A stretch of 64,000 nt of DNA, taken from a virus. Made by a program: the position numbers and the translations under genes. This document shows positions 1 through 10,184 of the stretch, piece by piece. The stretch covers positions 2,746 to 66,745 of the IMG/VR virus record IMGVR_UViG_3300028559_001021. One strand, written 5' to 3'. The notes under the pieces were generated by a model. It was not told the origin of the DNA and searched no databases. It saw nothing but the letters and a program-made list of their open reading frames with translations. The first letter of the stretch is position 1. Each line of letters begins with the position of its first letter.

Positions 1-360
1 TCAAAGGCTCAAAGACAATACGCTGTTGATCAATTCCAAGATAATGAAAAGATATCTGTATTCGTTGGTAATATTCAAGCAGCAGGAGTTGGTATTACAT
101 TAACCGCAGGAGAAGCAGTTATATTCAATGACTTATCGTTTGTTCCCGCACATCACCAACAGGCTGAAGATAGAGCTTATAGATATGGGCAGAAAAATTG
201 TGTTTCAGTTTATTACCCAATCTTTGATAATACTATTGAGGGTGTTATATATGATATGTTAATTAATAAAAAGAATATCATTGATACTGTTATGGGCGAT
301 AATATTGATAAGGCTGAATTTATAGAACAGATAATGAATAAGATTAACGTATCACATTGA
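1..360 (+). CDS. SNF2/SF2 helicase, C-terminal part (5' truncated by window)
   Basis: Frame 1 reads ...AAGVGITLTAGEAVIFNDLSFVPAHHQQAEDRAYRYGQ... (helicase motifs V/VI), with TGA at 358-360. Confidence 0.9.
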   Translation, partial: SKAQRQYAVDQFQDNEKISVFVGNIQAAGVGITLTAGEAVIFNDLSFVPAHHQQAEDRAYRYGQKNCVSVYYPIFDNTIEGVIYDMLINKKNIIDTVMGDNIDKAEFIEQIMNKINVSH

Positions 361-383
361 TATTTATAGGATATTTATATCTT

Positions 384-3005
384 ATGATGATACTTGAAAA
401 CAAAATCAATTTATTAACAGAAAAAATCAATGCTGGTGAGTTTCTATTATTGGAAATGAAAAAGATTGGGATTGAGAAATTACCTTATTCGAAATCCTCA
501 CTTAAAAGATTTATTGATGGTAAAACTATGGATGTTCATTATAACGGACATTATAAAACATATGTAAAGAAACTAAACGACGTGTTATCTAAAAAAAATT
601 ACGGTGATTTAGAATTAGAAGATATTATTAAATCAATTAGTAAATTCCCGAAAACTGTCAGAAACAATGCGGGTGGGGCATTTAACCATGTTTTATTTTG
701 GAAAATGTTATCACCCCAAAAAAAAGAAATCCCATCAGAATTAAAATCAAGAATTATAAAAGATTTTGGATCAATAAATGAATTTAAAAATAAATTCAAC
801 GAAGAATCTAAAGATAGATTCGGATCTGGATGGTGTTGGTTGGTTCTAACAAAAAATGGTAGGTTAAAAATTATGTCAACACCAAATCAAGACAATCCAT
901 TAATGAATGTTATTGAGGGAGGTGGGTTTCCAATATTAGGTTTGGACTTATGGGAACATGCGTATTATCTAAAGTATCAAAACAAAAGAGATGAATATAT
1001 TAAAAACTTTTGGCATGTAGTTAATTGGGACTTTGTAAATGACTTGTATTTGAAAAAACAAAAATCTAAATTAATGGAATCAATTAGGATTATTAAAGAA
1101 GAAACTAGTAATGACGGATTACCTGAAAGTGAATACATCGTTAATGGAAGAATTAATCCCAAATTAACCCAAGAATTATTAAAAAAAGTATATCCAGAAT
1201 GTAGTCCTAAAATAATAAAAGATTATGACTTAAATAAACGTATACCAAATGCCTGTTATGGTAAAATAGAATCAGATACTTGCAAAACTGGTTATGGTGT
1301 TATTGGTGGTAAATATGCGATGAGTCAAAGGGGTGGTTTAGGTGAATGGTCAGTTTTGAATTGGTTTGACGGTCATAAAGATATTAGTAAAAAGATTTTA
1401 GAGTTTTATGGATTTCTAAATAGTGAAAAAAGTTCGTTTAAGTCTTGGATGAATAAAATGAAAAATGCTTTATTTGCTGAAGACAGAAAATTAGTCCAAC
1501 AATTATTACCATTAATTTCTAATCCTGAAACAAAAAAAGGATCATTAGACCTTGGTATTACTAGAGAAAATACTGCGGTAGATATTTTAAATTCCTTATA
1601 TAGTCAATCAAAAATAACAAGATTTTGTGATGGAGACCTTCGTGATAAATTTAAAGGTCAAGATATGATATGGAATGAAGACAATGTTGATAAGTTCGTT
1701 CAGGTTAAACCAACACATGATTTATTTAAAGGTGATGAGAATGGACAACCAATATATGTATTCAAAAGTAAAAACAAATATGAAGTTAAGAATATTCAAA
1801 TATTTGTTTTCATATATAATCGTAACAATTATATATTATTCAATAATAACGCAACCCCAACCCCAATTGAAAACGATTCTAATTTCAAATATTCATATAC
1901 ATTCAAAGAAGATGAGATAATGAAAAAAGATGGCAATGTTTTCTTAAAAAAATTAACTGAATCAACACGTAAAAACAGACTATTACTTGAGGGTAGTAAT
2001 TTCCCATTCTCCAAAAAAAGAATGAGGGATTTAATGTTTAATCAATACCCAAGTTGTGATGATGATAAGTCAGGTAATGGTTGTATTGGTAAAATTAATG
2101 AACCAAATTGCGAAACAAACATTGGGATTATTGGAGGTTATTACACAGAAGAAGAATATGGTGGAAGTGGTAATTGGTCATTAATTAATCGTTGGGATGC
2201 CAATACAAATATTCATAGTGCAATTATTAACATATATAAAAGAGAAAAAAAGAAAACAAAACGTAATTTAAATCTTGAGGATTGGATTTTAGAAAACGTA
2301 TATGACTTGTTCTCAAATGATGGAATTTACACAGAAGAACTAGTTGATATTGCTAAAGATTATTTTGATAAAGGTATTAAAAATGAATCTTTTGCCAAAA
2401 ATATTATTGAGAAAATATATGATTTAGATAAGAAAAAAGAAAATATTGACTATAAGTTATATAACTATTGTGGTGGAGCAATCAATGATACACTTTATGG
2501 TCAAGATATTGTTTTAGAACTAGAAAACAATGAACCAATTTACTTCCAAGTAAAACCATTCAAGCCAGACGATATTGGTTATTTTGAAGACGATGATAGA
2601 GGGTTTTATTATGGGGTTAAATCATATAACCAACATAATAAATATAAAATGGATTATGTTGATATTATAATATATGTTAATACATCAACAGATGAATATG
2701 TTATGTTCAGAAATGATTATAATAAAATAATAACAACAAGTAGTACCAATTACGGTGGTCTTAAATTTATAATCAATTATTATGAAGAACCATTAAAAAC
2801 AAATATATTATTTGAATTAAAGAAAGGAACAACATTAAGTTCAGAAAAAAAATTATTACGAAGAGACAAAGAAAAATTAGTTAAGTATTACCAAGATAGA
2901 ATACAATTCTTTCAAGATAAACTAAAAGATTTGGGAATTTCAGAAGAATTAAGTGAAGGTATTAAACAATGTAAAATTCAATTGTTGAAATTATTAACAC
3001 AATAA
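384..3005 (+). CDS. Fe/Mn superoxide dismutase fused to two tandem PD-(D/E)xK-like domains
   Basis: LPYS, HYNGHY, GGAFNH, FGSGWCWL, NQD and DLWEHAYY motifs; the C-terminal ~640 aa has two homologous repeats with GQD...QVKP. ATG 384 preferred over TTG 357, which overlaps the upstream stop. Confidence 0.85.
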   Translation: MMILENKINLLTEKINAGEFLLLEMKKIGIEKLPYSKSSLKRFIDGKTMDVHYNGHYKTYVKKLNDVLSKKNYGDLELEDIIKSISKFPKTVRNNAGGAFNHVLFWKMLSPQKKEIPSELKSRIIKDFGSINEFKNKFNEESKDRFGSGWCWLVLTKNGRLKIMSTPNQDNPLMNVIEGGGFPILGLDLWEHAYYLKYQNKRDEYIKNFWHVVNWDFVNDLYLKKQKSKLMESIRIIKEETSNDGLPESEYIVNGRINPKLTQELLKKVYPECSPKIIKDYDLNKRIPNACYGKIESDTCKTGYGVIGGKYAMSQRGGLGEWSVLNWFDGHKDISKKILEFYGFLNSEKSSFKSWMNKMKNALFAEDRKLVQQLLPLISNPETKKGSLDLGITRENTAVDILNSLYSQSKITRFCDGDLRDKFKGQDMIWNEDNVDKFVQVKPTHDLFKGDENGQPIYVFKSKNKYEVKNIQIFVFIYNRNNYILFNNNATPTPIENDSNFKYSYTFKEDEIMKKDGNVFLKKLTESTRKNRLLLEGSNFPFSKKRMRDLMFNQYPSCDDDKSGNGCIGKINEPNCETNIGIIGGYYTEEEYGGSGNWSLINRWDANTNIHSAIINIYKREKKKTKRNLNLEDWILENVYDLFSNDGIYTEELVDIAKDYFDKGIKNESFAKNIIEKIYDLDKKKENIDYKLYNYCGGAINDTLYGQDIVLELENNEPIYFQVKPFKPDDIGYFEDDDRGFYYGVKSYNQHNKYKMDYVDIIIYVNTSTDEYVMFRNDYNKIITTSSTNYGGLKFIINYYEEPLKTNILFELKKGTTLSSEKKLLRRDKEKLVKYYQDRIQFFQDKLKDLGISEELSEGIKQCKIQLLKLLTQ

Positions 3006-3029
3006 TTTGATATTTATAAATAAAAAACT

Positions 3030-4151
3030 ATGTCAATAATACCCGAACCAGAAAGAACACAGCTCTACACAAAATTAAGACACTCATTGGGTGCTCCACT
3101 AAGAAGTATTGAGCTGGAAGATGAACAACTAGATTCCTTATTACAATTGGCAATTGAGGATTATTCACAATACATACAAGATTGGTTAATTGAATCTCAA
3201 TGGTCTTCCTTATATGGATTGAACTTGGATACCCAATCATTATCAAAAGCCTTCATAACAAAAGGTTTTGACTTTGAGAATAGATATTCTTATGCCTATT
3301 CTAAAATTGTTGGATTACAAGCTGGTGGTGACAGTGTATTAAAGAAAGATTATATACAACTTATACCCCACCAACAGATATATGAAATACCAGCAGGTCG
3401 TGAGTTAAACGAACTTCTATGGTTTACTCCAGCAACTCTTAATAATTTATTATTTGACCCATTTTCGTTTGGTGCTATGGGTGGTGTTGGATTGGGTGGT
3501 CCTGGTGGTTTTACTCAAATGGGTAATAGTGGTTCATATTTTATGATGCCAGTATTTGATATGTTATTAAGAATGCAGGAAATTAATATCCAAAGAAGAA
3601 TTATTGGTGGGGAAATGACTTATCGTGTTACCGCACTACCTGAAGGCAAAAAAGCTGTTCACTTAATGCAAACACCTGGGGGTAAATTTGACTTTGGTAA
3701 TGCAACATTGATGAATGGTAAGGTTTGGTATTGGTATTATGAAGTTGACGGTCCAGATAGAGATGACTGTTTAAAAAAGAATCCTGATATAATAAAATTA
3801 CCTTCCGATGTCCCATTTGATAAACTAAGTTGGATTGATTTAAATAACCCCGCTCAAATATGGGTTCGTAAGTGGTTCTTTGCGTCCGCCAAGGAAACAT
3901 TATCAAAAGTAAGGGGTAAGTTCAGTGGTAACATTAAAACTCCTGACAGCGAGCTTACAATGGATTATCAGAGTTTAGCCACAGAAGGTAAAGATGAAAA
4001 AACAAAATTGATTGAAGAATTAACTGGGGCTGAAGGAAGATTATCAAGACTTAGACCAGAAAAGGTAATGGAAAGAGAAGCGTTGATTGCTGAAAACCTA
4101 AATAAGGTTAAAAAATTCCAAGCAATGCCAAGACAAATATATGTAATATAA
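3030..4151 (+). CDS. Neck protein (T4 gp13-like)
   Basis: N-terminal LGAP..IELEDEQLD..L..A pattern and a C-terminal KETL..VRGKF motif; T4-like context. Confidence 0.7.
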   Translation: MSIIPEPERTQLYTKLRHSLGAPLRSIELEDEQLDSLLQLAIEDYSQYIQDWLIESQWSSLYGLNLDTQSLSKAFITKGFDFENRYSYAYSKIVGLQAGGDSVLKKDYIQLIPHQQIYEIPAGRELNELLWFTPATLNNLLFDPFSFGAMGGVGLGGPGGFTQMGNSGSYFMMPVFDMLLRMQEINIQRRIIGGEMTYRVTALPEGKKAVHLMQTPGGKFDFGNATLMNGKVWYWYYEVDGPDRDDCLKKNPDIIKLPSDVPFDKLSWIDLNNPAQIWVRKWFFASAKETLSKVRGKFSGNIKTPDSELTMDYQSLATEGKDEKTKLIEELTGAEGRLSRLRPEKVMEREALIAENLNKVKKFQAMPRQIYVI

Positions 4152-4495
4152 TGGAACAAAAGAAAAAAATTGGTGAAATAACCAAAACATTAAAATACGG
4201 ACAACAAACTCAACCAACTAAATTAAAGAAGATTGTAAATGTCCCAACCTATACCACAAATGGTGAATACCTTTTGATTATTAAAGATGTTGATAAATGT
4301 GAAATAACTTTGGATGGTGAAACAACCGAATCAGTTAAAATAAAAGTTTTAACCAAGACAATTATATTACCAAAGAATTCTTTGATTGATGAGCAATATG
4401 AGGAAATTGAAATTGATAATGGAGCTTGTGTTGAACTTGAATATTATATGGGGGGTTGGTACATAATATCCTCAGATGGAATGAAACTAAATTAA
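4151..4495 (+). CDS. Hypothetical small beta-rich protein
   Basis: 114-aa ORF translationally coupled to the neck gene. Confidence 0.65.
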   Translation: MEQKKKIGEITKTLKYGQQTQPTKLKKIVNVPTYTTNGEYLLIIKDVDKCEITLDGETTESVKIKVLTKTIILPKNSLIDEQYEEIEIDNGACVELEYYMGGWYIISSDGMKLN

Positions 4496-4501
4496 ATAAT
4501 T

Positions 4502-4530
4502 AACCCCACCTTTTGAGTGGGGTTTTTTTT
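4502..4530. terminator. Intrinsic terminator between convergent genes
   Basis: AACCCCAC-cttttga-GTGGGGTT followed by a T run. Confidence 0.8.
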
Positions 4531-7331
4531 TAACCATTATTAAATTGTTCCCATCCTTCTTCAGCTAAATCGTAAATATAGTTGGGATTAATTCCTCTTT
4601 TGTTCCAGTATTCAATTTCCTTTTGTTCTAAATCCAATACATCCTCCTTTAGTCTGTCTTGATCTTTTTCCTCAAATGGAACTCCATTTATTAGTTCACA
4701 TTGTTGTTGTGTATAGAATTGTCTTTTCACAGGATTATCAATAATAAGAGTATCTCTCACATCTTGTTTGAAGACAACTAATAAAGGTTCAATACGATTA
4801 TTAAATGTTGTGATTGTTCTCGCTACATTGTATTCTCCTGTCATGTTGGGATTGTTTTCTAAATCGTTTGGGTCTAACATATAACAATTAAGTTGTGTAT
4901 AAGAATCAACAGAATCTAGTGGTATTTGTCCATAACCTTCCATAAAATTATCTAAATCTTGTTGAGTCCAACCTTTTTTTGGTTTATTAATTTTTTGTAC
5001 ATCCCCATGACTTGCTTTTGTTCCGTTATTAACATAATAAATTACATCACCCAAATTAATTTTTAGATTATGTTTGATTGCTAATTCTAAATGAGCCATT
5101 CTCGACATTGCCCCACCTGATTTGGTTGTTTGTTTTGACCTCTCAATATAATCCTTGATACTCAGTTTAACCTTAGCTCTTTGAGCCACTTTCATCAATG
5201 GTATTTCTTTGTTATAGATTTTAGTTAAGTATTCATAATACCACTCAACAAACTTTTGACCCTCACCTTCCAATAACAATCTAATTGCTTTATCCAAATA
5301 TTCCTCAATGTATAGTGGAAGTTTTTTTGATTTAATTGAGTTACCTGTAAGTTTTACCTTTCCATTGTGTTCCATCGTTGCGTAATTCTTACGAGCAAGA
5401 TTAATACATGATTTCCAAGTTCCATCACAATCTAGAGCCATTTCACCTCTCATAAAAATATCGTTAAACTCCGCAACATCAGCATCATATCCTTTATACT
5501 CCTTACCCTTTTTAACCTTCCAATTAAGACCTTTCCCAATATAAACTCTATCATCCACTCCACCTTTAGGTAGTGAGAAATTCACACCATCCGTATCCAT
5601 TACAAGTGCGGTATAACCTTTTCCCATAAAAAACTTAATCATCTGACGAAGATATTGTCTTCCAGTACAAGTTATCTGTTCACCCATATACATATCACCC
5701 CATGCAAACACATGAGGGGCTGATAAAGCACCAAACATTGAGTTGATGAATATCTTGATTGGTAATTGTTTTCTATCATATGATAATGATTTCTTCTTGT
5801 CTTTATCATACCATTCAGCCGCCAAGTTCTTGTACATAATACGAGCACTTCTAAAATATGATAACATACCTTTCATCGCACCTGTAATATCACAATCAGG
5901 GAATACATCGTGAACCAATTGAATTGATGGATATAGAGATGAGTAGTCAAGTTTTAAAACATCCTTGGAATAACCCACTCTTAATAGTCTTGATAAACCA
6001 CCAACAAAATCAGTTTTCTTTTCTTTTTGGGGAATTGCAAGTTTATGTTTATAAGACCAAGCCATCATCAACATTTTCCATAATGTTGCAGTTCCAATGG
6101 TGGAAACTCTTTCATAAGTTGTTGGAATCATTGAGGCCAACATAAATGTACCTTGATTGAATTCATCATCCACCTTCAAGGTTTCCTCCAAGTCATCATC
6201 CAAATATCTCTCAACAATATTGTCCCCAGTTGTTTTAATATAAACACCAGGATGTTTTTTATCTAGGTTATTGAATTGTGGATTATCAGCTTTCTTATAT
6301 TTTCCATTTTGGACATTCAACCAATACTCTTCTTTATTAGCGTACATTGACCCAATTTTATTATGGTCAATATAAACACGATCAGGAGCTTCAACATTAA
6401 TATACTGAGTAATGTATTTAAGACCTGCAGATTTAATACTCGAATTGATTGCTTGAGCTCTTCTAACTGAGTGTAGGATATCAATAACATTATATCCCCA
6501 TATTCCAATCTGTTTAAATTCCTCTACTTCATTTGCGAGTTTCAACATACCCTTAGTTTGTTTAAATTTATATTCTGGATGTAAGGTCTTACATATACGT
6601 TTAATGTCAAGATGTAAAGTTTTACACCTTTCCATAATCCAATACCAGTCAAAGTTGGATGAATTATATCCACCAATGATTGATGGTTTAACTTCGTCAA
6701 TAATTCTGAAAAACTCAACAAGCCCTGCTCGTTCTTGGTCTTCAGTTGCACATTCAATTACTTTCTCTAATCCTTTGTTTGTTTTAATTCCAATCATAAA
6801 TATTCTACCATCTTTAGGTTCTAAAGAGGTAGTCTCTAAGTCGAATACCAATCTTGTAATGTCATTATAATCATCGTACCCTTTGAATAACCTCTTTTCC
6901 TTTTGGATTAGATATTGTTCAACTGGGGAAGGTATTAAGAAGTATTCTTTGGTTTTTTCGCCATAAGGGTCAATTCCTCCTTCTTTAAAGAATTGCATTA
7001 AACTTCTGTAACCCTTTAAAGATTTGACCATATACTTAAGACCTTTCTCAAGTCTTTCATTACCACCAGTCTCCAATTTCTCAATTAGGATTCCGTGTTT
7101 GGTCATTGCTTCTTTTTGATTTGCTTTGGACGATTTGTAGAAATTAAGTCCGTGTAGGTCACCAACCCAAGCAAATGGGGTGAATGTATCCTTTCTAATT
7201 TCTTTTCCTTTACCGGGGATTTCTTTAATCTTAAAGATGTTTTCTGAAGCCCAATCATATTCTATTGCGACTATGTGTTCTTCGGGGTCGTTTCCGTGGA
7301 GGAAACTTTCGATTTCTTCTGGTGTTATCAT
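4530..7331 (-). CDS. Family B DNA polymerase
   Basis: ExoI DLETT, ExoII YNSSNFD, motif A LDYSSLYPS, motif B KIFINSMFG, motif C MDTDG. Confidence 0.97.
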   Translation of the reverse strand: MITPEEIESFLHGNDPEEHIVAIEYDWASENIFKIKEIPGKGKEIRKDTFTPFAWVGDLHGLNFYKSSKANQKEAMTKHGILIEKLETGGNERLEKGLKYMVKSLKGYRSLMQFFKEGGIDPYGEKTKEYFLIPSPVEQYLIQKEKRLFKGYDDYNDITRLVFDLETTSLEPKDGRIFMIGIKTNKGLEKVIECATEDQERAGLVEFFRIIDEVKPSIIGGYNSSNFDWYWIMERCKTLHLDIKRICKTLHPEYKFKQTKGMLKLANEVEEFKQIGIWGYNVIDILHSVRRAQAINSSIKSAGLKYITQYINVEAPDRVYIDHNKIGSMYANKEEYWLNVQNGKYKKADNPQFNNLDKKHPGVYIKTTGDNIVERYLDDDLEETLKVDDEFNQGTFMLASMIPTTYERVSTIGTATLWKMLMMAWSYKHKLAIPQKEKKTDFVGGLSRLLRVGYSKDVLKLDYSSLYPSIQLVHDVFPDCDITGAMKGMLSYFRSARIMYKNLAAEWYDKDKKKSLSYDRKQLPIKIFINSMFGALSAPHVFAWGDMYMGEQITCTGRQYLRQMIKFFMGKGYTALVMDTDGVNFSLPKGGVDDRVYIGKGLNWKVKKGKEYKGYDADVAEFNDIFMRGEMALDCDGTWKSCINLARKNYATMEHNGKVKLTGNSIKSKKLPLYIEEYLDKAIRLLLEGEGQKFVEWYYEYLTKIYNKEIPLMKVAQRAKVKLSIKDYIERSKQTTKSGGAMSRMAHLELAIKHNLKINLGDVIYYVNNGTKASHGDVQKINKPKKGWTQQDLDNFMEGYGQIPLDSVDSYTQLNCYMLDPNDLENNPNMTGEYNVARTITTFNNRIEPLLVVFKQDVRDTLIIDNPVKRQFYTQQQCELINGVPFEEKDQDRLKEDVLDLEQKEIEYWNKRGINPNYIYDLAEEGWEQFNNG

Positions 7332-7360
7332 TTTTATATTTTTAAGTTTAGTATATTAGC

Positions 7361-7377
7361 TGTCATACAAGATGACA
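7361..7377 (-). promoter_or_regulatory. Hairpin in the polymerase 5' leader (possible translational operator)
   Basis: Perfect 6-bp stem TGTCAT-N5-ATGACA about 30 nt upstream of the pol ATG, downstream of a TATTTATA motif (7391-7398). Confidence 0.4.
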
Positions 7378-7425
7378 TTTACCTTATCCTTATAAATATA
7401 GTATGACGATGGGGTTAAGTCAATA

Positions 7426-7459
7426 AAAAGTTGGTGATAAATTAATACCACCAACTCTT
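7426..7459 (-). terminator. Probable terminator
   Basis: AGTTGGTG...CACCAACT inverted repeat with an adjacent A run (U run on minus strand). Confidence 0.6.
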
Positions 7460-7476
7460 AATATTGAATAAATTAT

Positions 7477-9162
7477 TTAAGCGGTTATTGAAACATATGT
7501 AGGTGTTGTTGCCGACAAATATTCCAAGTATAAATTAGAATCATCCGATTTTATAATTTTACAATTATAATCAGCATATACATGTGTTGCAGTTAAAAAA
7601 TCAGTATAAGACACTGGGTATAATATTTGATTGTATCTAAAATCGTTACCTATTTTGTTTGAAACGAAACTATCCCCAATTATGTTGTCAAAACAAGACC
7701 CTATAATAGTATTATTATCAAAGTTGTTATCTATAATATTACTGTCAAAACTATAACTTCCAATATTTAAAGAATCACCAATTGTATTATTGTTAAAATC
7801 GTCTAAAATTTGATTGTCAGAAAATAAATTATAAATTTGATTGTTATTAAATTCATTTCCTATTTTATTTTTATAAACTTCGTCCCAAGTATTATTATCC
7901 ATATAATCATTCAGAATAACATTATCGTTGAATGATTTGTAAATTACATTATCATTAAAATAATCACCGATTTGATTTTTTTCAAAATAAAATCCCCAAT
8001 CTCCATCTAACCAATTATTATTAAAGTCATTTCTAATTTGGTTGTCATAGAAACCACTGCAAAGAATTACATTATCTCTAAACCTGTTACCAATATGATT
8101 GTCTTCAAATTCAGTGGTAATGATATTATTTTCAAAGAAATTTCCAATTACATTATCATCAAAGTCATCATCGGTGATGTTATTTCTAAAAGCATAACCG
8201 ATTTGATTAGCGGTACAGTCATCATTAAAAGTATTATTATAAGAACTATCACCAATAGTATTATTTTCATAACGGCCATCTTTGAGAACATTATTTGCTA
8301 ATAAGAAATCTCCGATACCTTCATTTAAATAATATTTTGAATAGTCTCCTATATAAGTGTTAATGCAACCATCATCATCTATCGCTTCAAATGTATTGTA
8401 AAGATTAAAATCACTTTGACCATCAATATTATTTGGATAATAACTATCATAACTATGGGAATTTGCATTAAAAAATTCATAGCCACCATTACCTGTTGCA
8501 GTAACAGTTTCTCCTTTTACAATCATTGAAGTATCACCTGAAATGCTAACAATTTCGTAAAATGTTTCATAGCTATTTCTGATAGCTATAATTTGTCCTG
8601 GACTAAGTGAAGTAAAGGTAGTTCCTGTTGAACCTGTTACTATTCCATCAGCCAATATTTCCACAGTTCCAGTATACGGATTTAATTTATTATAACTTCT
8701 TAAACGGTATCTTTTGAAAGTAATATTTTTATGGTCATAATCAGTTCTATTACCAAATTTGTCAATTCTTTCAGTAATTCTACCAAAAGCAGGATTACCT
8801 GATTCAGTTGTAGAGTATGTTACATCATACTTAATCTTATCATTCGGATAACTTGGTTGGTAAGCGTCAACCGCTAAAGTATTACTTGATGTTGCTAAAA
8901 CAATGATTGGTTCAGTTACACCTGTTACATATGAAGAACTAGATACCGCAATTGGATTTTTGTATTTGTCATAATCTGGTCTATCGTAACAAGTTTGATT
9001 ATCGGTAATTGAATAATAAGAACCGCAAGTTAAATCGCTTATACTAATTAAATTATTTAATTCGTTAAATGTTATTGGAATACAAGATAATGGGAGTCCA
9101 TTTTTCTCATATTTTAAAGCATCAACAATACCCGCAATTAATCTATCTACTTTTAATGGCAT
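7477..9162 (-). CDS. Beta-helix repeat protein, putative receptor-binding/fibre
   Basis: Many ~11-aa NxIG..F.. repeats; located in the fibre region. Confidence 0.65.
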   Translation of the reverse strand: MPLKVDRLIAGIVDALKYEKNGLPLSCIPITFNELNNLISISDLTCGSYYSITDNQTCYDRPDYDKYKNPIAVSSSSYVTGVTEPIIVLATSSNTLAVDAYQPSYPNDKIKYDVTYSTTESGNPAFGRITERIDKFGNRTDYDHKNITFKRYRLRSYNKLNPYTGTVEILADGIVTGSTGTTFTSLSPGQIIAIRNSYETFYEIVSISGDTSMIVKGETVTATGNGGYEFFNANSHSYDSYYPNNIDGQSDFNLYNTFEAIDDDGCINTYIGDYSKYYLNEGIGDFLLANNVLKDGRYENNTIGDSSYNNTFNDDCTANQIGYAFRNNITDDDFDDNVIGNFFENNIITTEFEDNHIGNRFRDNVILCSGFYDNQIRNDFNNNWLDGDWGFYFEKNQIGDYFNDNVIYKSFNDNVILNDYMDNNTWDEVYKNKIGNEFNNNQIYNLFSDNQILDDFNNNTIGDSLNIGSYSFDSNIIDNNFDNNTIIGSCFDNIIGDSFVSNKIGNDFRYNQILYPVSYTDFLTATHVYADYNCKIIKSDDSNLYLEYLSATTPTYVSITA

Positions 9163-9185
9163 ATTTAATTTTTTTTATTTTATGT
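9130..9185. repeat. 56-bp direct repeat, copy 1 (5' region plus MPLKVDRLIAG codons)
   Basis: Identical to 9541-9596 except one mismatch. Confidence 0.95.
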
Positions 9186-9189
9186 TTAT

Positions 9190-9573
9190 TTAAGAATATA
9201 CTCTAATCTCAATTGGAGTGTCATCTAATACGTCATCAGTTGGAGCTCCAGTTGCTATTGTGATTATATCATCATTCGTTATTGAAACACTAACAATATC
9301 TTTAGAACCATTAAAAAAATATGAAAATAAAATTTTAGAACTATCAGAAAAAGCCCCAATTAGAGTCCCCCTATAAGTTCCAGTTGATTGTCTAGTCCAA
9401 ACTAATTCTCCACCCAATGTATTGTCTAACACAACTGCGGTTGGGTTAGATGTTCCGGTTTGTGTTAATTTTGCGGTATAAACCTTATAGGGTAACCCCA
9501 ATGAACCACCATTTATGTTTAATGAATCAGTATCTATTGAACCCGCAATTAATCTATCTACTTTTAATGGCAT
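9190..9573 (-). CDS. Small fibre-tip-like protein
   Basis: YKVYTAKLTQTGT..P...VLDNTLGG..WTR..TG.Y pattern; shares its N-terminus with 7477..9162. Confidence 0.6.
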   Translation of the reverse strand: MPLKVDRLIAGSIDTDSLNINGGSLGLPYKVYTAKLTQTGTSNPTAVVLDNTLGGELVWTRQSTGTYRGTLIGAFSDSSKILFSYFFNGSKDIVSVSITNDDIITIATGAPTDDVLDDTPIEIRVYS

Positions 9574-9596
9574 ATTTAGTTTTTTTTATTTTATGT
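9541..9596. repeat. 56-bp direct repeat, copy 2
   Basis: Matches 9130-9185. Confidence 0.95.
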
Positions 9597-9652
9597 ATAT
9601 CACATATAAGTATTTACATTTACAAAAAAAACTTTAAATTAACATTTTTTTA

Positions 9653-10138
9653 TTATGGAGTTGTCGTTGTTGTACTTGTACATGGACAACATTCGGTAGT
9701 AGTTGTTGTGGTATAAGGTCCATTAACACAACAAGGGAAATCAGACACATAACAACTATTATATTCCAAGTCATCAGCAATAAAAGATTCTTGGACATTT
9801 ATATATAACTTTTCTCTAATTGGTAATATTAAAACCCCATCATTACTCCTTAACATAAATTGTCCTTCATATCTACCAACTCTACTTGTATCTCTATTTT
9901 GGAATTGATAATATAAATAATATTCTGGTTCAGCATTTGGGTCAACATCTGTTTTCTCAACAAACCCAGCAGGTCTTGAGACAATCTTTGGGACACCAGT
10001 GTCAGCATCAACCATTGAAAAGAATAATGCCGATTGTTCAATCAATGACATAAAGTTATTGTAATCTAATCTACCATTCTTAACCACTTGAAGCTTAAGG
10101 AGGGGAAGTGTCGCATTCTTCTTAATATAAAATTCCAT
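9653..10138 (-). CDS. BppU-N-like baseplate/adaptor protein with Cys/Thr-rich tail
   Basis: F.IK.N.TLP.L and YQF...DT...G.YEGQF patterns; C-terminal CC/TTTTT segments. Confidence 0.55.
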   Translation of the reverse strand: MEFYIKKNATLPLLKLQVVKNGRLDYNNFMSLIEQSALFFSMVDADTGVPKIVSRPAGFVEKTDVDPNAEPEYYLYYQFQNRDTSRVGRYEGQFMLRSNDGVLILPIREKLYINVQESFIADDLEYNSCYVSDFPCCVNGPYTTTTTTECCPCTSTTTTTP

Positions 10139-10150
10139 TAGATTTTTATA

Positions 10151-10179
10151 TATAAATACTAAGTTTAATAGTATTTATA
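10151..10179. promoter_or_regulatory. Back-to-back TATTTATA promoter-like motifs
   Basis: TATAAATA at 10151-10158 (sense for the minus-strand gene at 10138) and TATTTATA at 10172-10179 (before ATG 10185). Confidence 0.6.
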
Positions 10180-10184
10180 TTATT

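Noticed and set aside
9130-9596. Diversity-generating retroelement or invertible shufflon
   Set aside because: The repeats are direct, lie at gene 5' ends and differ at one position; no reverse transcriptase or recombinase in the window.
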